The translations under genes and the position numbers were made by a program. From Intoshia linei (lineage: Eukaryota > Animalia > Orthonectida): a stretch of DNA of 64,000 nt. Under the pieces are notes generated by a model. It had not been told where the DNA came from, did not search any database, and saw only the letters and a list, made by a program, of their open reading frames with translations. Below are positions 63,555 to 64,000 of this stretch, one piece after another. Within the stretch, counting starts at the first letter, position 1, and every line of letters begins with the position of its first letter. The stretch is from contig LWCA01000023.1 of assembly GCA_001642005.1 (NCBI GenBank), positions 15,069-79,068 of the forward strand, read 5' to 3'.

Positions 63555-64000
63555 TCCCATGACATCAAAGGTCCGTGTTTCTAAAAATGATGAACTTTTT
63601 GTCTGATTGTAAGGAAATTTAGTTTTCAATATTAAGTTCTTAGTTATGATAATATTTAAGGTCCGTGTTTCGTTTGATTGTAAGGAAATTTAGTTTTCGA
63701 TATTAATTTTTTAGATATGATATTTAAAATTTGTGTTTCGTTAAAAAATGGATTTTTTTAATCTGAATGTTTTCTTTTACATTTCTGTGTAATTTTAATA
63801 CCTATTTGCATCTGATGACACCAAAGGTCCGTGTTTCTGAAAATGATGAACCTTTCGTCTGATTGTAAGGAAATTTAGTTTTCAATATTAAGTTCTTAGT
63901 TATGATAATATTTAAGGTCCGTGTTTCTGAAAATGATGCACCTTTCGTCTGATTGTAAGGAAATTTAGTTTTCGATATTAATTTCTTAGATATGATATTT
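63555..64000 (+). ncRNA. SNORD18: Tandem array of U18/SNORD18-like C/D-box snoRNA copies (at least 5-6 units, ~90-bp period) in RPL3 intron 2
   Basis: Best copy 63813-63862: C TGATGA, guide GGTCCGTGTTT, D' CTGA, C' ATGATGA, D CTGA; the guide is complementary to conserved LSU rRNA AAACACGGACC. Confidence 0.85.

Noticed and set aside
63555-64000. CRISPR-like or plain satellite reading of the terminal repeat
   Set aside because: The whole unit is repeated (no unique spacers), there are no cas genes, and the C/D boxes with an rRNA-complementary guide explain it better

Overview
AT-rich eukaryotic (metazoan) genomic DNA with dense, intron-rich genes. Many introns are about 35-50 nt; a few are enlarged by transposon debris. 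This architecture is typical of a highly reduced animal genome; an orthonectid such as Intoshia is a guess, not shown. By manual splicing and translation I recognise about 17 protein genes: NRF-6/OACYL-like (3' end), OS9, DDX54, a PTB adaptor, DZANK1-like, MRPL13, NAA10, TSR2, FBXO7-like, HSP90B1, ZC3H14, TALDO1 (5' part), a sushi/HYR fragment, SH3BP5-like, PARD3, PCBD, RPL18, NDUFB10 and RPL3 (5' part). There is also a tRNA-Arg(TCG) and many DNA transposons (hAT/Buster MITEs with 8-bp TSDs, Tc3-like, hATm-like, Helitron-like, Ty3/gypsy fragment). Four single-n gaps suggest contig joins. Most notable: (1) the apparent 90-bp tandem repeat in RPL3 intron 2 is an amplified array of very short U18/SNORD18-like C/D-box snoRNA genes; (2) a stand-alone intronless CBP/p300 TAZ1 zinc-finger gene with a 1-nt frameshift is nested antisense in an OS9 intron; (3) head-to-head gene pairs lie only 36-54 bp apart; (4) eL18 is truncated at the C-terminus and Par-3 appears to lack CR1. 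Exon boundaries are hand-derived and approximate.
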